Notes under the pieces: generated by a model
Told to the model about the DNA's origin: nothing
The model's database searches: none
The model's input: the letters and a program-made list of their open reading frames with translations, nothing else
Source of the DNA: Anaerolineales bacterium
GTDB taxonomy: Bacteria > Chloroflexota > Anaerolineae > Anaerolineales > UBA11579
Length of the DNA stretch: 64,000 bases
Reading direction: 5' to 3'
NCBI GenBank assembly: GCA_019637755.1
Contig: JAHBVC010000002.1
Coordinates: 465,027 to 529,026 of the forward strand
Translations under genes and position numbers: made by a program
Shown: piece after piece, positions 61,561 through 64,000 of the stretch
Position numbering within the stretch: position 1 is the first letter of the stretch
Layout of the letters: each line of letters opens with the position of its first letter

Positions 61561-61593
61561 AACGGATTCCTCACTTCGTTCGGAATGACAAGG
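61561..61593 (-). repeat. Interspersed palindromic repeat, family B variant, inverted partner
   Basis: The reverse complement reads CCTTGTCATTCCGAACGAAGTGAGGAATCCGTT. Confidence 0.8.
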
Positions 61594-61684
61594 AGTGGTC
61601 ACCACTCACCCGCTCGCCGCGTCGCAGACGAGGGCTGGCCGAAGTCAACAATAGAACCCAAGTCAACGGGTGAGAGGTGCTAGT

Positions 61685-62503
61685 CTACTTACGCTTCTTC
61701 TTCTCCGGCCGAGTGTGGCGATAGATCAGTGCGCCAGCCGCCAGCACCAACACCACTGCCATCAAAGTTTGGTTGGCGTTGAAACCCGCCACCTGCGAAG
61801 CATCCAGACGCAGGAAATCGAGCAGGATACGAATGGTGGGATAAGTGATCAGATAGGTCAGGAAGATATCGCCCGGCTTGAGCAGCTTGCCGTACTTGCG
61901 GCCAAGCCAAACCAGGAAAGCCACCGTGGCCAAGCTCCATAGTGATTCATACAGGAAGATGGGGTGATACGTGGCCACATCGGCAAATTCGGGCAGGCGA
62001 TTGGCGGGATCAATCGTGATCGCCCAGGGAAGATTGCTGGGCGCGCCGTACAGCTCCTGATTGACGAAGTTGGCCCAGCGCCCGATGGCCTGGCCCAGCG
62101 CCAAGGGTGCGGCAATCACATCCAGCCAGGCGGGGAACTTCTCGCCGCGGCGTTGGCATAGCACGTACAGCGCCAGCACGCCGCCCACCACTGCGCCGGG
62201 GATGCCCAGGCCGCCGCGCCACACGGCGATCGCATCCAACGGATGAGTGAGGTAATACTGGGTGGTAACGCCCACCGCCACAAGCGAGGGCGAGGGGGTG
62301 AGGATATGCCAGATGCGCGCCCCGACAATACCGGCCACCACGATCCAGATCAAAATATCCCAAATGAATTCGCTGTTCATCTTGCGTTGCTTGGCAATGC
62401 GTTCTGCCAAAGAAGCCGCCAACACCACCCCTACCATGAGAATGACCCCATAGTAGTGAATGGTCAGCGGCCCAATTTGAATCGAGGTTGCTCCGATAGT
62501 CAT
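61685..62503 (-). CDS. lgt: Prolipoprotein diacylglyceryl transferase
   Basis: 272 aa with ..RGGLGIPGAVVGG.. and GQAIGRWANFVNQELYG. Confidence 0.93.
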   Translation of the reverse strand: MTIGATSIQIGPLTIHYYGVILMVGVVLAASLAERIAKQRKMNSEFIWDILIWIVVAGIVGARIWHILTPSPSLVAVGVTTQYYLTHPLDAIAVWRGGLGIPGAVVGGVLALYVLCQRRGEKFPAWLDVIAAPLALGQAIGRWANFVNQELYGAPSNLPWAITIDPANRLPEFADVATYHPIFLYESLWSLATVAFLVWLGRKYGKLLKPGDIFLTYLITYPTIRILLDFLRLDASQVAGFNANQTLMAVVLVLAAGALIYRHTRPEKKKRK

Positions 62504-62512
62504 GCCGGCTCC

Positions 62513-63154
62513 TTACTTACGCCGCCGGGCGGCCTTGCGAGCCGCGGCGGGTTGGTTTTGTTTTTGCTGCGCCTGGCTGCGCACATGCCAAATGCGTTGC
62601 AGTGCGGTGAGGTTGGCGCCAACAGCGATCAGGCCCACGCCGAGCATGGGCAGGTTGAAAAACAGGCTCGGCCCCAGGATGAAGTAGCGCTCCACCCGGC
62701 TGAGCAGACCCACCTTGGCCTCCAGCCCTACACTTTGCGCACGCGCCCGAATATAGGAAACCAGCACCGAGCCGAAGGCCGCCAAGTAGCTACCAAACGC
62801 CAACCAAAGATTGCCATTTTGGGTAGCCCACCACAAAATACCGCCATAGACCACCAGCTCGCCATAGCGATCACTGACTGAATCGACAAAGGCGCCAAAC
62901 TCCTGCGATTCGCCGCGGCGGCGCGCCAGGGCGCCATCCAGGGCATCAAAGGGCGTCATCAGCAGCACCATCAGGCCGGCGATGCGGAAGTTGCCGCGGG
63001 CGGCGTACACGGCGCCAACGGTGATGCCGAGCAGGCCTAGCAGGGTGAGCATGTTGGGAGTGACGCCAAGTTTATTGAGAAATTCAACCGTGGGGTTGAT
63101 CAGCCAGGCAAAGCTAACGCGCAGGCGGTCAGTGAAGGTGATGGGATCGCGCAT
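62513..63154 (-). CDS. CDP-alcohol phosphatidyltransferase family protein
   Basis: Signature DALDGALARRRGESQEFGAFVDSVSD, i.e. D-x2-DG-x2-AR...G-x3-D-x3-D. Confidence 0.88.
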   Translation of the reverse strand: MRDPITFTDRLRVSFAWLINPTVEFLNKLGVTPNMLTLLGLLGITVGAVYAARGNFRIAGLMVLLMTPFDALDGALARRRGESQEFGAFVDSVSDRYGELVVYGGILWWATQNGNLWLAFGSYLAAFGSVLVSYIRARAQSVGLEAKVGLLSRVERYFILGPSLFFNLPMLGVGLIAVGANLTALQRIWHVRSQAQQKQNQPAAARKAARRRK

Positions 63155-63210
63155 GAGAGGGCTATGCTAATGGAGCGCGCAGGCGGTGTCAAGCAGCGCG
63201 GAAACCAGCT

Positions 63211-63263
63211 TGGGGATTGCTTCGTCGTTCAGCAGCTTCGCCGCTTCACCTCCTCGCAATGAC
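63211..63263 (-). repeat. Interspersed palindromic repeat, family A
   Basis: TGGGGATTGCTTCG....CCTCGCAATGAC, directly downstream of the ftsK stop. Confidence 0.85.
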
Positions 63264-63267
63264 AAGC

Positions 63268-64000
63268 TTATTCCTCATCACCCTCTTCGCCAACGAAGGT
63301 ATCCAGATCCATCAGCACTTCGCGCTCGCGGCCGCCGCTTTGCGCCGGGCCAAGCACGCCCATCTCTTCCAGCTCGTCCACCAGACGGGCAGCACGCGGG
63401 TAGCCCACCTTGAGGGCGCGCTGCAAATGCGATGCGCTGGATTTGCCTGTGGCGCGGATCACATCGATCGCCCGGTCGATCAGCTCATCGCGGTCTTCGC
63501 TGAGCGCCTCGCGCTGCAGCAAGCCATCCCACGGGGCCGCCTCGGCGCCATCCGCCGGCCAAGCGTGCTGCCAATAGGCGATCACCGCTTCGATCTCGGC
63601 ATCGGTGATCATCACGCCTTGCGAGCGCAGCGGGCCGGCCGCCTCCGGCGAGAGATAGAGCATATCGCCACGCCCCAGCAGCGCCTCGGCGCCGGTGGTG
63701 TCCAGGATCACGCGCGAATCGATCGCCGAGGCCACCGCGAACGAGATCCGCGCCGGGAAGTTGGCCTTGATCAGGCCGGTGACCACATCCGTGCTGGGGC
63801 GTTGCGTGGCGACCACCAGGTGAATGCCCACCGCACGCGCCATCTGCGCCAGGCGTACCAGGGTGCTTTCGGTATGCTCGGCAGTGTTCATCATCAGATC
63901 GGCCAGCTCATCGATCAGCACCACGATGCGCGGCAAGCGCTCCGCATCGTCTTGCTTTTCTACTTTACGGTTGAAACCGTCAATATCACGCACACGCTCT
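63268..64000 (-). CDS. ftsK: DNA translocase FtsK/SpoIIIE, C-terminal part (5' end beyond the window)
   Basis: RIVVLIDELADLMM (Walker B), HLVVATQRPSTDVVTGLIKANFPARISF, and the C-terminal winged-helix gamma domain (SASHLQRALKVGYPRAARLVDELE). Confidence 0.93.
   Translation of the reverse strand, partial: ERVRDIDGFNRKVEKQDDAERLPRIVVLIDELADLMMNTAEHTESTLVRLAQMARAVGIHLVVATQRPSTDVVTGLIKANFPARISFAVASAIDSRVILDTTGAEALLGRGDMLYLSPEAAGPLRSQGVMITDAEIEAVIAYWQHAWPADGAEAAPWDGLLQREALSEDRDELIDRAIDVIRATGKSSASHLQRALKVGYPRAARLVDELEEMGVLGPAQSGGREREVLMDLDTFVGEEGDEE

Noticed and set aside
61366-61605. Small ORFs (62-79 aa) on both strands over 61366..61605, and ORFs 32435..32668(-) and 36946..37149(+).
   Set aside because: They are read through copies of the interspersed palindromic repeats. 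The repeat explains the sequence conservation, not coding.
61186-61684. Search for tRNA, rRNA or tmRNA genes in this and the other spacers longer than 150 bp (618..861, 3188..3592, 12469..12673, 32425..32769, 36956..37224, 38542..38754).
   Set aside because: I found no cloverleaf-compatible arrangement (no GTTCRANYC T-loop with a matching acceptor stem) and no rRNA-like sequence. This was done by eye only, so tRNAscan-SE or Infernal should confirm.

Overview
High-GC bacterial chromosomal segment. The gene content and synteny look Chloroflexota-like, but that is a low-confidence inference. It is almost entirely protein-coding and I call about 61 CDS. I could not find any rRNA, tRNA or CRISPR array by eye.

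Housekeeping and metabolic content:
- Core functions: folD (open at the left edge), gyrB, recG, coaD, folC, ybeY, tyrS, lgt and ftsK (open at the right edge).
- Transport: a five-gene branched-chain amino-acid ABC operon and a phnDCE-type ABC operon.
- Metabolism: acyl-CoA dehydrogenase with etfBA, an mtaD-like deaminase and mtnP.
- A conserved block rpe / asp23 / yloV / degV.

Observations worth a second look:
1. A tightly coupled five-gene cluster: Ser/Thr kinase, PP2C, J-domain+vWA, zinc-ribbon+FHA and an 80-aa ORF. Its vWA+PP2C+kinase core matches the composition of the TerY-P phosphorylation triad.
2. Two sharply low-GC insertions, each starting exactly at the stop codon of a native gene. 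One carries a DUF4238-like gene. The other carries a UDG-superfamily (hypoxanthine-DNA-glycosylase-like) gene plus a 92-aa ORF and interrupts degV-recG.
3. A GIY-YIG nuclease gene bracketed by inverted copies of an interspersed palindromic repeat. That repeat also occurs as empty inverted pairs at four other intergenic sites.
4. A SEDS (RodA/FtsW) polymerase fused to a PBP-like module. The module has no SxxK or K[TS]G motif and sits downstream of fhaA/fhaB-like genes.
5. An MtaD-like amidohydrolase fused to a CYTH domain with a degenerate ExExK motif.
6. A recurrent TANNNT box 6-7 nt upstream of the start codon of at least nine operon-first genes, suggesting leaderless mRNAs.
7. Several short 'stuttering' tandem or inverted repeat arrays in promoter regions.

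All family assignments come from reading the translated ORFs. No database search was run.
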